The translations under genes and the position numbers were made by a program. DNA of 64,000 bases from NCBI GenBank assembly GCA_040285855.1, contig JAUFOQ010000003.1, positions 1,488,001-1,552,000 on the forward strand, in the 5' to 3' direction. Of this stretch, positions 63,309 to 64,000 are shown one piece after another. The stretch's first letter is position 1; the number at the start of each line of letters is the position of its first letter. The stretch is from Eukaryota sp. GEM-RC1. Lineage: Eukaryota. The notes beneath the pieces were generated by a model. It was not told where the DNA came from and made no database searches. It saw only the letters and a program-made list of their open reading frames with translations.

Positions 63309-64000
63309 TCAAAAATTTAAACATGGACACTTGGACGAAGTGTTTCTCTCATCATTCATCACTGTTAGAAAACCATTTCTCTGAAAGAATGAAGTCCAAG
63401 TCTTAGTTCCCGATGGTGGACTGTGTTTTAAGTTGGACATTGGCTTCTGACCTAAATCACCAATACATAGTACAATTTTGTCACGGCTACCAAAAGTTCT
63501 TACAATGCTGTTAACCAATTTAGACTCTGTCTTTTGCTTATGGACATGATTCTGGATTTTGTGAATCCTCCATATATGCAAAGCATAGAAATCTTTAGTT
63601 GCATTGTAGTGAATACATTTATTCAGCATAAATTCTCTCAATTTATTGTAGTTGACTGACACCTAACCAAGTGTTCCATTCCTCAATAGTCTTCGTCTAA
63701 CCTGAGGGACTAGTACCTGATCTCTTTCTGACAAGGTACTGATGGATTCTTATATGCTTTCTTGAAACTCTAGACCACTCGGTATACGTCAATCGTAAGA
63801 AGTTGTATTTCTTTAGAGGATTTTGAGTTTCCCTATCTGATTTAGATGCAAGTTGTAGCATATCTCTCTTTCCAATGTCCACATAAACCATTTGTTTAGA
63901 AATAAAATCAGACCTATCACATTCATTGAAATATTGTTCTTTTACTGAAGCTTGACTTGAATCAGGTTTACATTTCATTCCTTTCAAATCCTTTCTCACA
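63309..64000 (-). pseudogene. Second Fanzor1-like gene fragment (continues beyond the window), truncated at the zinc finger
   Basis: RuvC-I MVYVDIGKRDML, TFGSRDKIVLCIGDL, RuvC-II MNDERNTSSKCPC; internal stop and frameshift. Confidence 0.8.

Noticed and set aside
1..64000. Alternative genetic code or stop-codon readthrough
   Set aside because: Conserved genes are broken by frame changes rather than in-frame stops, and all three stop codons end genes; in-frame stops occur in decayed elements and pseudogenes.

Overview
Eukaryotic nuclear DNA with the standard genetic code (TAA, TAG and TGA all end genes). It comes from a gene-dense, AT-rich flagellated protist that is probably anaerobic; this is inferred from IFT81, MNS1, CFAP299 and a prokaryote-type Fe-ADH. 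Compact, almost intron-free housekeeping genes (clathrin heavy chain, SF3B1, cyclophilin-like, RPB11, ITPase, RMC1-like, LeuRS and others) alternate with islands of nested mobile DNA: CRE-like RLE non-LTR retrotransposon fragments, hAT-type and Tc1/mariner-type non-autonomous elements, and two degraded Fanzor (eukaryotic TnpB-like) genes. The first Fanzor has a candidate omegaRNA hairpin region at its 3' end. Other points of note are two 29-nt introns that both end in ACTCTAG, a kinase fused to a PIMT-like domain, two broken Cdt1-like copies beside a ~1.16-kb inverted repeat, and divergent gene pairs only 46-47 bp apart. Many ORF breaks sit in homopolymer runs and are most likely assembly indel errors. 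All homology calls come from motif recognition by eye; no searches were run.
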